This document shows positions 29,519-38,968 of a DNA stretch of 64,000 nt, piece after piece; position 1 is the stretch's first letter; the number at the start of each line of letters is the position of its first letter. The notes under the pieces are model-generated. The model worked only from the letters and a program-made list of their open reading frames with translations. It had not been told where the DNA came from and ran no database searches. The position numbers were made by a program, and so were the translations under genes. The stretch is from Chloroflexota bacterium (GTDB lineage: Bacteria; Chloroflexota; Dehalococcoidia; Lucifugimonadales; GCA-2722455), in the NCBI GenBank assembly GCA_002722455.1, contig PBMB01000001.1:43138-107137 (forward strand), written 5' to 3'.

Positions 29519-29590
29519 GGAGAATTATTTCAATTGGTAGAATACTGATCTTGCAAGAGAGATACACGAATTTGAATCTCTTCTCCTTCT
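29519..29590 (+). pseudogene. Degenerate tRNA copy (decayed paralog of the Ala-like genes)
   Basis: Shares gagaattatttcaattggtagaatactg with 29146-29220, but the anticodon stem no longer pairs and the 3' acceptor/CCA is lost. Confidence 0.4.
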
Positions 29591-29625
29591 CTATAAACAG
29601 ACATGCAATAAATAGGAGGTTGCCT

Positions 29626-29978
29626 ATGTCACCGCTAAACGCAATAAACAAAACAAAACAGATACTGTAAAACTTAAAAATAAACATAAACCTAAAATAT
29701 ATGGAAAAACGATTGAGGATAAAAAAGTCGTTGGAAATTTATTTTTTATCATTGAGAGTCGTGGAGTTTTATTAGAAGAAGCAATTAATATTTTTTATGA
29801 TAATGGTTATGTCATTGATTGGTTAAATTTTTATAATGATGGAATAAATAAAAACTGGAATGGTTTGACTATAATTAAAAAAATAGAATATAGTTTTGAT
29901 GAATCAGATTATAAACATTTAAAAGAAAATACAATAAAACGATTAATTTATTGTATAGATAAAGAAAAGAGTTTTTGA
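29626..29978 (+). pseudogene. Small gene with an apparent +1 frame break in an A-rich tract (strong AGGAGG RBS)
   Basis: AGGAGG lies 7 nt before ATG 29626. That frame gives MSPLNAINKTKQIL and stops. An overlapping frame stays open for about 105 codons to 29978 (...KIYGKTIEDKKVVGNLFFIIESRGVLLEEAINIFYDNGYVIDWLNFYNDGINKNW...) but has no start codon of its own. Confidence 0.3.
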
Positions 29979-30038
29979 CTCTTTTTTTATTTTTGTTTTT
30001 TGATATAATGTTATTACTTATTTACAAAGAGGTATGAA

Positions 30039-30305
30039 ATGGAAGATAAAAAATTTAAAATTGATGTTGAGGGAAAAGAATTTGAATACGATCCAACCTC
30101 AAACACGAGCATTCTTTCTTTTTTAGAAAGTAAAAACATATCAATGAAATCTATGTGCCGAGATGGTTTTTGTGGTGCTTGTCGTTGTAAACTAGAAAAA
30201 GGAGAAGTTGAAGAAAGTCCTGACGCTATCGGTTATAAAGAAGACGACGAGTTTTTACCTTGTGCCTCAAAACCAAAAAGCAATATAAGAATAAAAAGAA
30301 TATAA
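30039..30305 (+). CDS. yfaE: YfaE-like 2Fe-2S ferredoxin
   Basis: CRDGFCGACRCKLEKGEV...FLPCAS matches E. coli YfaE (CREGYCGSCRTRLVAGQV...ILPCCC). 88 aa. Confidence 0.6.
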   Translation: MEDKKFKIDVEGKEFEYDPTSNTSILSFLESKNISMKSMCRDGFCGACRCKLEKGEVEESPDAIGYKEDDEFLPCASKPKSNIRIKRI

Positions 30306-30344
30306 AACAGTTATTTTTTTTGTGTTATAGTGTTTAATTTTAAT

Positions 30345-30372
30345 TTAGAGCTACTTAGCTCTATTTTTTTTT
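30345..30372 (+). terminator. Rho-independent terminator
   Basis: tagagctacttagctcta hairpin followed by a T9 run. Confidence 0.6.
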
Positions 30373-30439
30373 GTTTTTCCTCTTGATTTTTTTTTAAACT
30401 GATGATAATTTACTGCAAGATTTTGGAGGATTTATTAAA

Positions 30440-31018
30440 ATGGATATATCAAGTTTTTTTGAAATAATTTATTCAACACCAATTGCTTTTTATAGCATAC
30501 CTTTCAGTGTTTTATTTGTTTTGCTTTTTTTTGCTGCAACAGGTTTAATGCCAGATACTAGTATTGATATAGACGCTATTGAAGTTTCAGATGGTTTGAA
30601 AGTTTTTTTTGCTCATTTTCACGTTTCTAAAGCACCACTTATTGTGTTTTTGTTTCTATTCTTTATGTATGGAACATTATCACTAGTGTTTGTTAGAGAG
30701 ACATTTAATAATGAGTTGTTAACAATTTCATTAGCTTTCGCAAATATTTACTTATGTGCAAAAGCAGCAGGTTTAACGATTAAACCTTTCTTAAAATATG
30801 CTTCGCAAGAAGAAGAGATTATAAGTTACATTGGTCTAGAGGGTGTTGTTTCTTCAGCAACAGTTTCTGAAAAAGGTGGTTTTATTAATTGTGATGTAAA
30901 TAATGACGAACACCAATTAAATGCTTATACCGAGAATAATCTTGTTTTAAATAAAGGTGATAAAGTTTTAATTTTAAGAAATGATGAAAATAAGTTTTTA
31001 GTAGAAAAGTATGATTAA
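30440..31018 (+). CDS. yqiJ: NfeD-like membrane protein (YqiJ-like) with a C-terminal OB-fold
   Basis: Multiple TM helices, then a C-terminal beta-rich domain (VVSSATVSEKGGFINCDV...GDKVLILRNDENKFLVEKYD). It sits immediately upstream of an SPFH/flotillin gene, as in E. coli yqiJK. Confidence 0.55.
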   Translation: MDISSFFEIIYSTPIAFYSIPFSVLFVLLFFAATGLMPDTSIDIDAIEVSDGLKVFFAHFHVSKAPLIVFLFLFFMYGTLSLVFVRETFNNELLTISLAFANIYLCAKAAGLTIKPFLKYASQEEEIISYIGLEGVVSSATVSEKGGFINCDVNNDEHQLNAYTENNLVLNKGDKVLILRNDENKFLVEKYD

Positions 31019-31039
31019 TAAAAAAGGAGAAAAATATAT

Positions 31040-32962
31040 ATGAGTGCAACTATAATTATGATCTTGGCGTCTATTGCTGGTTTAGTTTTACTAGCAATAT
31101 TCTTTGCAAGTAGATATAAGAAAGTTAAGGAACAGGGCTTTGCCATAATCATTAACAGATATAATAAAGTTGAAGCGTCTTTTACAGGTGGTTTTGTATG
31201 GCCTGTGATTAACAGCTTTGAGTTTATGGATATTACACGTAAGAAGATTTCTATTATTCGTATTGGTGCTTCTGACGGTGATACAGAAGAAACAGAAGGT
31301 TTACACTGTAAAGATAACATTCGTGCTGACTTAAAAGTTGATTTCTATATCGGTGTTAATCCAAATGTTGAAGACGTTAAAAAAGTAGCGAACACTTTTA
31401 AACCAAGTCAAGCAAGTGATATTGAAGTTCTTAAAGAGCACTTTTCACCTAAGTTTTCAGAAGCTTTGAAAACAGCTTGTAAAAAGTTCGATTTTGTTGA
31501 TTTATTTGAACAAAGAAATGAATTTAGAACAGAGGTTATTAAAGTAATCGGTGAAGAAATGGACGGCTTTAAAATCTATGACGTTGTTATCGATAAAATT
31601 GAGCAAACTGCGTTAGAAGCTCACAATAAAGATAACGTTCTAGATTCAGAAGGTATTGAAAAAATTGCTCAAATCACTTCTCAAAGAAATGTTCAAACGA
31701 ATGTTATTCGTCAAGACGAAGAAACAAGAATTAAAGAGAAAAATGTATCAGCAGTTGAAGAACGTCTTCAGTTAGATAAAGCACAAAAATTAGCAGAAGC
31801 TGTTAATAAGCGTGAAGTTGATATTATTAACTCACAAGAAAAAGCTATGGCGGCTGAGAAACGTGAAGAATTCTTACTTAAAGAAAAAGAAGCTCTTATT
31901 AAACGTGAACAAGAAGAAGGTATTCTTGAAGAGCATAAGAAACTTGAAATCCAAGTTGCTACTTTAAATAATGAGAAGAAACTTAAAGTTCAAGCAGAAG
32001 ATGTTACTCGTGCAGAGGAACTTGAAAAAGTTGAAACTTCTAAAAGAGTTGCAGAAGGTAACATTCAAAAAGATCTTGTTGTAGAACAAGGTATGAAAGA
32101 AGTTGCCGATGTTCAATCTCAACGTGTTGAAATCGAACGTAAAATTGCAAAAGAAGAAGAAGAGACAAATAACTTACGTGCGTTTGAAAAAGCAAATCGT
32201 GAGAAGAAAGTTCAAGTTACTGATGCAGAAGCTGCTGCAGAAGCTAAACAAACCGAAGAAATCACAAGAGCAAAAGCAGAAAGATTATCAGCAGAAGAGA
32301 ATGCTGCACGTGATAAGGTTAATGCAGACGCTAAACTTTACAAAGATACACAAGAAGCAGAAGCAATTTCAGCACTTGCAGAAGCAAAACGTAAAGATAT
32401 TTCAGCTACTGGATTAGCAGAAGTTGAAGTTGAAAAAGAAAGAGCAGAAGCTATTAAGCTTGTTGGCGAAGCAGAAGCGAGTAAAGTTGAACTTGTTGGT
32501 AAAGCAGAAGCGGAAGCTAAAGAAGCAGTTCTTAAAGCAGCAGAAGCTGGTTCAGCAGAAAGCCGTGAATTCGATAAGTGGCAACGTCAAATTGATATGG
32601 AAGAGAAAGTTCGTCTTGCTCAAGTTGAAAGTGACAAAGAAGTTGGTATCGAAAGTGCGAAAGCTATGGGTGACACATTATCTAATGCTGATATCACTCT
32701 ATTCGGTGGTGACGAAATCGCTGCAATCAAAGAAGCTATTTTAGGTGGTAAGAAATTAGACGCACGTATTAGTAGTTCTGAGCACTTGTCAAAAGCTGCT
32801 GAACGCTACAAAGACGGTGACGAAAACCTAATCAACGATATTAAAGAAGTTCTACAAGCTTCTGACGTATCAACAGGTGATTTAAGTAATGTTGCTATTG
32901 CACAAGCATTATCTTCAAATCCTGAAATATTTAACAAATTGAAAGACGTATTTGGTAAATAA
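31040..32962 (+). CDS. yqiK: Flotillin-like SPFH (band-7) family protein (YqiK-like)
   Basis: N-terminal TM, an SPFH-like region, then about 350 aa of EA-rich coiled coil (AEAKQTEEITRAKAERLSAEENAARDK..., KAEAEAKEAVLKAAEAG). 640 aa. Confidence 0.65.
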   Translation: MSATIIMILASIAGLVLLAIFFASRYKKVKEQGFAIIINRYNKVEASFTGGFVWPVINSFEFMDITRKKISIIRIGASDGDTEETEGLHCKDNIRADLKVDFYIGVNPNVEDVKKVANTFKPSQASDIEVLKEHFSPKFSEALKTACKKFDFVDLFEQRNEFRTEVIKVIGEEMDGFKIYDVVIDKIEQTALEAHNKDNVLDSEGIEKIAQITSQRNVQTNVIRQDEETRIKEKNVSAVEERLQLDKAQKLAEAVNKREVDIINSQEKAMAAEKREEFLLKEKEALIKREQEEGILEEHKKLEIQVATLNNEKKLKVQAEDVTRAEELEKVETSKRVAEGNIQKDLVVEQGMKEVADVQSQRVEIERKIAKEEEETNNLRAFEKANREKKVQVTDAEAAAEAKQTEEITRAKAERLSAEENAARDKVNADAKLYKDTQEAEAISALAEAKRKDISATGLAEVEVEKERAEAIKLVGEAEASKVELVGKAEAEAKEAVLKAAEAGSAESREFDKWQRQIDMEEKVRLAQVESDKEVGIESAKAMGDTLSNADITLFGGDEIAAIKEAILGGKKLDARISSSEHLSKAAERYKDGDENLINDIKEVLQASDVSTGDLSNVAIAQALSSNPEIFNKLKDVFGK

Positions 32963-33036
32963 TAATATAATAAACCCCTTTGGTTAGGGGTTTATTACCA
33001 AAATTATAAAAAAATAAGCAAGGAGTTATTTAAAAA

Positions 33037-36000
33037 ATGAGCAATGAAAATGCTGTAAATGACGCTGTTAAGAGTGGTGGCTCATATGAAATAATCAGAG
33101 ATAGATTATTAGAACAAGGCAAGAAATTATCTACAAAAGTAGAAAAACTTAATGAACAAAGAATTAAAGAATTTGGTGGTTCTAAAAATGAAATTTTAAG
33201 TAAAATAAAAATTAGAACAGAGAATAATTGTGTTCCTATTGATATGGCACAAGTTAATGGTCAACTATTAGTTGGCTATCAAGTTAGTGTTGGTATGAAA
33301 ACAAGTGTTCAGGTTGAGGACGTTTTTTATCTTTATGATTTAGTGGAGGAAGCTGGAAATTATAAATTAGTTCAATCTGATATTAAACAGAGTTTCCTTT
33401 ATGACTCCGAGTTTGTTTCTGCTTTTAAAACATTAATGACTTACTATAAAGGTAATCAATTAACTCAGATTTCAAGAAAACAAAACAGTCTTTATCTTTC
33501 ATTTCAGATTGGTTCTAGTTATTCAGATAGAAAAGTTTTTAAATTCAATATTAAAGATGATCAAGTTAAGTATGAAAACGATAGAGCACACGAAGAATTT
33601 ACTTCTGGTGATAATTTCTGCTTTGATTGGATCGAAACAACAAGAAAAGATCATGTTTTAGGCAATAACCCACATGTTTCTATTTTAGACAAAGTTTTTG
33701 TTGAAACTATTGGTGGTGATCTTTCTATTAAAATAGAAAATAATACAGAAGTTGGCGGTGAAATTTACAAAGAACCTGTCGAAGATAAAATGCAAGCACT
33801 GGAAGACGGTAAAATCTCTTATGCAGAAGTTGGTGATTTAATTCTTTTAAAAGTTAAACCATATAATGAAGACGACAGATACTTTATTTTTAATACAATA
33901 ACAGAAGACGTTATTCGTGCCGATTCACTAGCGAAAGCTTGTGTCGAACTTCCTGAAAATCATGGCGTTATCTTTCCTGACGGTTATTATTTAACCAATG
34001 GTGTTTGTAAATTTTTTGAAAATGAATCAGAAGGATTAGAATATTTTAGTAAAATCCGTTCTCCTAATGGTGAAGACCATTTATTCATCTTTTTTGATCC
34101 AACAGAACAGTGCTATGTGCTTTACCCATATAATTTAATAAATAAATCGGTTGATAATCCTATTCATGGTCATGGTTACAGTGTCTATGAAAATGGGCAA
34201 ATTATGATATTTAGACATAGTGATAATGAAGTTGCTTCAAAAATACATCCTTTAACAGTTTGGAAAACTCCCTTCTATTCTGAAGAATATTTTCTAGAAA
34301 TAGAGAAATTAAGAAATTTAGAAGAAAGAGATCGTTTTTTAATAAATATAGGTAATGCAGAGTTAGTTTCAGCTATTTCTGAATTGTATGATATTATTAA
34401 CTTCTCTAAGAAAGAAGAAGTTTCTACTTCTATTTATGAAGGTTTAATAAAGTCAAGCCAAAAAACAATCGATGACTACCATTGGCTAAAAGATGAAAAA
34501 GTTCAATCATTAGAAGCTGACTTAAGAGAATTAATGGCTACTTCTGAGCTTATTATTGATGAATTCGAAAAAGTAAAAAGCATTCAAAAACAAGCTGAAA
34601 GTGTTCTTAATGAAACAAAAGAAGTGCATGATGAATTAATTAGTAGAGTTAAACTAGCTTCTCCTGATAAGGCAACTGAGTATGTTGTTCTATTGGGTGA
34701 AATTAATCAACATATTGGTCACTTGATTTCAATTAAATCTCAACGATATATCGACGTTGACGCTATTGAAACAATGAAAAGTAAAATTGAAGAAGTTAAA
34801 GTTTCTGTTAATGACAAACTATTGAATCTATTACAAGATAAAAAATCATTTGATGATTATTTCAAGAGTATTGAAAAAATTGAATTAAAAATGAAGCAAG
34901 TTGAAAAAGTTGTTGATGTTGAACCATTAAATGAGGAACTTGAAAAAGTAAATCAAAACATCTCAACGATAAACAGTGAGATTAATGATATCGAAGCTAA
35001 AGATTCAACAATTACGTCAATGATTCTTGATCACGTTTCAGAAGTTTTTTCTAAACTAAACCAAACAACGGCTAAACTAAAAACATTAAGAAAAGGTTTC
35101 TTATCAAAAGAGGCAAAAGTTGAGTTCGCTGCTCAATTTAAATTGCTTTCTCAAAGTGTTTCTAATGGTATCGGAAATGCAGACACTCCTGACGCTTGTG
35201 ACCATGAACTTTCAAATGTTATTGGACAAATTGAAAAATTAGAAGCCAAATTTTCAGATTTTGATGAATACTTAGAAGAAATTTATGTAAAACGAGAAGA
35301 GGTTAGAGGTGCGTTCGAGTCTCATAAACAGCAACTTGTTAATAACATTCAAAAACGTATTTCTAATTTAGTTCGTGCTGCTAATGTTAATCTTAATAGC
35401 ATAACGAAAAAAGTAGAAAGCTTTGACAATTTGGACGCTTTGAATACATATTTCTCTTCTGATTCTAGTGTACTTAAAGTTCTATCCTTAATTGAAAACA
35501 TCAAAGAAGTGGGTGGTGAGGTTCAATCAGAAGAAGTTCAAAGTCAATTGAATAAAATTAAAGATATGTCTATGAGATCTCTAAGAGATAATAAAGATAT
35601 TTTTAAAGAAGGTGGTAAAGTTATGGTTATGGGTAAACATGACTTTGCTGTAAACCATGCTCCACTTGATTTAACTATTCTTAATAAAGATGGAAAAATG
35701 GTTTCTCATTTGACTTCTACTGAATATTATCAAGAAATCAATAATGACAAAATTAATGAATTAAGTCATTTGTGGAATAGTGAGTTACCTTCTGAAAGTG
35801 ACGAAGTTTATCGTTCTGAATATTTAGCATACCTTGTCTTAAATGATGCCATAAATAACAGCAATGAACTCAGCATTGAAAAACTTAAAGAAGCGAAAAA
35901 AGACGGTAATTTAGGTAAAATCATCAATGAATATTCTAGTTCTAGATATAAAGACAGTTACATTAAAGGTGTACATGATCATGACGCAGAATTGTTCTTA

Positions 36001-38220
36001 ATTCCAATTTTGCAAGCTTATATTGGAGCTGGTAGTATGACTTTACCACAAAAATGTAGAAGTTATGCATTGGCTTTATATTTTTCAAAAACAGAAGAGT
36101 TTATTAATGAATATAAAGTTAAAGCTAAAAATGCAAATTCATTAAGAGTTTTATTGAATAACGTTGAGTCTTGGAATAGTTTAATTCAAGAAGTAGCTAT
36201 TAAAAGCACGAACGAACTGCCTAATTTAAATGATTCTGATTTAAATACTAGCATCGAAGCATTCTTAGGACTTCTTGTTAGCTCTAAGTTTGAAATGGCT
36301 AATAACTCGCAAGAGTTATTGAGAGGTTTTGAAGGATTCTTAAAAAGAAAATCAGTTGAAATAATTTTTGATGGAACATACATTGATTACTTTGAAGACG
36401 TTGTTTTATGGATTAGCAGTTATGTTAATTCTGAAAATAAAGTTGAGCTTAAGGATTTCGTTTATGAAGCAGCAGCATTATTTATTCAAAGTCATGGAGA
36501 ACAAAAGAAAGAAAAATCTTCTGTTCAAGTCGTTAAAAAAGAAATTGACCTTAACATTAAAGTAAAAGGTTTGATTGGAGAGCATAGAAGTGTTGAAGAA
36601 GGTAGTAAATCAATTACATTGGATGGTTTTCTAGATCGACTTAAATATCACCATGACGTTTTTTACCCAAGCTTCGAAGCTTTTGTTGAGTTAAGAAAAG
36701 AAGTATCTGAATCTGAGAAAGAAAAATTATGCTTAGAAGATTTTAAATCTAAACCATTAACTTCTTTTGTAAGAAACAGGTTAATTTCAGAAGTTTATTT
36801 CCCTATGATTGGTGATAACTTAGCAAAACAAATTGGTACTGTTGGTGACACTAAGCGTAGTGATTTAATGGGCTTATTATTGCTTATTTCACCACCTGGT
36901 TATGGTAAGACAACATTAATTGAATATGTTGCTAACAAACTTGGTTTAGTTTTTGTTAAAGTTAATTGTCCTTCTATTGGTCATAGTGTTACTTCATTAG
37001 ATCCAAGAGAAGCTACTGACTCTACTTCAAGAAAAGAAATAAATAAAATTAACTTATCTTTTGAAATGGGAAGTAATGTTTTGCTTTATTTAGATGACAT
37101 TCAACACACTAACCCAGAATTCTTACAGAAGTTTATTTCTTTATGTGATGGAACAAGAAGAGTTGAAGGTGTTTGGGAAGGTAAAACTAAAACTTATGAT
37201 ATGAGAGGAAAAAGATTCTGTGTTGTAATGGCAGGAAACCCTTATACTGAAACAGGTGAATCATTTAAGATTCCTGACATGTTAGCAAACCGTGCCGATA
37301 TCTATAATTTAGGTGATATCTTAGGTGGTAAGGTAGACGTATTTAAGTTAAGTTATATCGAAAACTCATTAACTTCAAATTCAGTATTGGCTCCACTTGC
37401 TACTAGAACAATGGAAGATGTTTATCGATTCGTTAAACTTGCAAGAGGTGAGAATATTCCATTAGACGAGTTTGATTTCAATTATTCTCCTGCAGAAGCT
37501 AATGAAATCACAAGTGTGCTTAAACATATGGATTCAATTCTTGAAGTTGTATTTAGTGTTAATATGGAATATATTAAATCTGCTGCTGCTAATGATAAAT
37601 ATCGTGTAGAACCACCATTTAAACTTCAAGGTTCTTATCGTAATATGAACAAAATGACTGAGAAATTGGTTTCTGCAATGAATAGCAATGAAATTACAAA
37701 TTTAATTGTTGATCATTATACAGGTGAATCTCAAACATTAACGTCTGGTGCTGAATCTAATATGCTTAAATTAAAATCATTAATGGGGCAATTAAATGAG
37801 CATGAAGAAGAACGTTGGGATATGATTTGTTCTGAGTTTAATAAAAATAGAAAAATGGGCGGAGATGACGCTGATTCTATGCAAAAAGTGGCTATGCAGT
37901 TAGCTGAAATGACTGAAATTCTTAAACTTGTTAAAGATAATAAACCTAAGAAAGAAAAGAAGGTTAATGAAGAAAAGAATAACGAGCTTTATCTAGCACA
38001 ATTAGAGCATTTGATTGAAAATATTAAAGAAAATCAAAGTGAAGAAAAACTAATTGAATTATTCTCTAAGAGAATTGAAGATATGCAAGAAAACTTCATT
38101 AAAATTATTTCTGAAAAGGATAAACAATTTGCTGAAGTTTTTGACCCTATGGTTAAATATTTTGAAACTGCCTTGAAAAAGCATGAACAAAAGAAACTTG
38201 AAAGTCAAAATAAAAAATAA
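33037..38220 (+). CDS. Giant (1727 aa) coiled-coil protein with a C-proximal AAA_5 (dynein/MoxR-type) ATPase module
   Basis: Walker A LLLISPPGYGKTTL, Walker B LLYLDDIQHTNPEFLQKFISLCDG, then KRFCVVMAGNPYTE and FKIPDMLANRADIYNL. This follows the AAA_5 pattern (DEIN...L.aLN.LLD...FRvfAaqNP...lP.al.nRF). Residues 480-1100 are mostly predicted coiled coil. AAGGAG RBS, and a strong terminator at 38230-38258. Confidence 0.6.
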   Translation: MSNENAVNDAVKSGGSYEIIRDRLLEQGKKLSTKVEKLNEQRIKEFGGSKNEILSKIKIRTENNCVPIDMAQVNGQLLVGYQVSVGMKTSVQVEDVFYLYDLVEEAGNYKLVQSDIKQSFLYDSEFVSAFKTLMTYYKGNQLTQISRKQNSLYLSFQIGSSYSDRKVFKFNIKDDQVKYENDRAHEEFTSGDNFCFDWIETTRKDHVLGNNPHVSILDKVFVETIGGDLSIKIENNTEVGGEIYKEPVEDKMQALEDGKISYAEVGDLILLKVKPYNEDDRYFIFNTITEDVIRADSLAKACVELPENHGVIFPDGYYLTNGVCKFFENESEGLEYFSKIRSPNGEDHLFIFFDPTEQCYVLYPYNLINKSVDNPIHGHGYSVYENGQIMIFRHSDNEVASKIHPLTVWKTPFYSEEYFLEIEKLRNLEERDRFLINIGNAELVSAISELYDIINFSKKEEVSTSIYEGLIKSSQKTIDDYHWLKDEKVQSLEADLRELMATSELIIDEFEKVKSIQKQAESVLNETKEVHDELISRVKLASPDKATEYVVLLGEINQHIGHLISIKSQRYIDVDAIETMKSKIEEVKVSVNDKLLNLLQDKKSFDDYFKSIEKIELKMKQVEKVVDVEPLNEELEKVNQNISTINSEINDIEAKDSTITSMILDHVSEVFSKLNQTTAKLKTLRKGFLSKEAKVEFAAQFKLLSQSVSNGIGNADTPDACDHELSNVIGQIEKLEAKFSDFDEYLEEIYVKREEVRGAFESHKQQLVNNIQKRISNLVRAANVNLNSITKKVESFDNLDALNTYFSSDSSVLKVLSLIENIKEVGGEVQSEEVQSQLNKIKDMSMRSLRDNKDIFKEGGKVMVMGKHDFAVNHAPLDLTILNKDGKMVSHLTSTEYYQEINNDKINELSHLWNSELPSESDEVYRSEYLAYLVLNDAINNSNELSIEKLKEAKKDGNLGKIINEYSSSRYKDSYIKGVHDHDAELFLIPILQAYIGAGSMTLPQKCRSYALALYFSKTEEFINEYKVKAKNANSLRVLLNNVESWNSLIQEVAIKSTNELPNLNDSDLNTSIEAFLGLLVSSKFEMANNSQELLRGFEGFLKRKSVEIIFDGTYIDYFEDVVLWISSYVNSENKVELKDFVYEAAALFIQSHGEQKKEKSSVQVVKKEIDLNIKVKGLIGEHRSVEEGSKSITLDGFLDRLKYHHDVFYPSFEAFVELRKEVSESEKEKLCLEDFKSKPLTSFVRNRLISEVYFPMIGDNLAKQIGTVGDTKRSDLMGLLLLISPPGYGKTTLIEYVANKLGLVFVKVNCPSIGHSVTSLDPREATDSTSRKEINKINLSFEMGSNVLLYLDDIQHTNPEFLQKFISLCDGTRRVEGVWEGKTKTYDMRGKRFCVVMAGNPYTETGESFKIPDMLANRADIYNLGDILGGKVDVFKLSYIENSLTSNSVLAPLATRTMEDVYRFVKLARGENIPLDEFDFNYSPAEANEITSVLKHMDSILEVVFSVNMEYIKSAAANDKYRVEPPFKLQGSYRNMNKMTEKLVSAMNSNEITNLIVDHYTGESQTLTSGAESNMLKLKSLMGQLNEHEEERWDMICSEFNKNRKMGGDDADSMQKVAMQLAEMTEILKLVKDNKPKKEKKVNEEKNNELYLAQLEHLIENIKENQSEEKLIELFSKRIEDMQENFIKIISEKDKQFAEVFDPMVKYFETALKKHEQKKLESQNKK

Positions 38221-38229
38221 TTAAAATAT

Positions 38230-38258
38230 AAAAGACTCCTCCGAGGAGTCTTTTTTTT
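38230..38258 (+). terminator. Rho-independent terminator
   Basis: aaaagactcctccgaggagtcttttttttg. Confidence 0.7.
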
Positions 38259-38322
38259 GTTGTTTCTTATTCTTTATATGAGAAAATGATATTATTAAAC
38301 AAATGTTAAAAAGGGTTTTAAA

Positions 38323-38916
38323 ATGTTTAAAGTGGATAAATATCTTTTTTTCTTCATTCTTATTAATGGATTTATTTTATCTCCATTGTTTTTTCTATTT
38401 GTTAATTTTTTTGTTATAGAGTTTATCAATCAAAATAATAATATATTTACTAACTTTTATTCTAAGTTTGGTGTTTTTTTACTTTCTTTTAGTTTTTCAT
38501 TATGTGTTTCTTTTTTTATTTCCAAATTATTATTGTCTTTTAAAATTCTAAACAATAAAGATTTTGCTGTTGAATATTTAAAAACGATAGACGTTTATTT
38601 TAAAAATAATATAAATTTAAAAACAGTAGATCAAATAAAAGATATTGTATTTATGGATCTTAAGCCTAGAAAGACTTTTTTATATGCTTTTAATTTTTTA
38701 TTTTTAATTAGTTCTACTTATCTTTTTTTTGTTTCTATGTCTAAATTTGAGTATTATAGTATTGGTTTTCTAACTTTTTTGTTTTTTATTGTTAGTTTTT
38801 TTTGGTATTTTGCATGTGGAAGAGAAATGAAAAAAGAATTTTTAAGAAGATATTTGTTTTTTTACGATTTTGATAGGGATTTTGGAACTCTAAATGTTGA
38901 GTTAGGACTTAAATAG
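38323..38916 (+). CDS. Hypothetical Phe-rich polytopic membrane protein
   Basis: At least four hydrophobic segments. No motif. Confidence 0.4.
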   Translation: MFKVDKYLFFFILINGFILSPLFFLFVNFFVIEFINQNNNIFTNFYSKFGVFLLSFSFSLCVSFFISKLLLSFKILNNKDFAVEYLKTIDVYFKNNINLKTVDQIKDIVFMDLKPRKTFLYAFNFLFLISSTYLFFVSMSKFEYYSIGFLTFLFFIVSFFWYFACGREMKKEFLRRYLFFYDFDRDFGTLNVELGLK

Positions 38917-38924
38917 ATAAAATA

Positions 38925-38952
38925 AAAGTCAGCTACGAAGCTGACTTTATTT
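38925..38952. terminator. Bidirectional terminator
   Basis: aaaagtcagct-acga-agctgactttattt. Confidence 0.6.
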
Positions 38953-38968
38953 ATTATAATTCTAATTC

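Noticed and set aside
29469-29687. 72-aa minus-strand ORF
   Set aside because: Lies antisense across tRNA genes 29434-29590. Chance ORF in AT-rich DNA.
32103-32744. ORFs 32103-32417 and 32424-32744 (+)
   Set aside because: Alternative frames inside the flotillin gene, created by its GAA/AAG-rich coiled-coil codons.
36186-36565. ORFs 36186-36383 (-) and 36368-36565 (+)
   Set aside because: Inside the 1727-aa gene.
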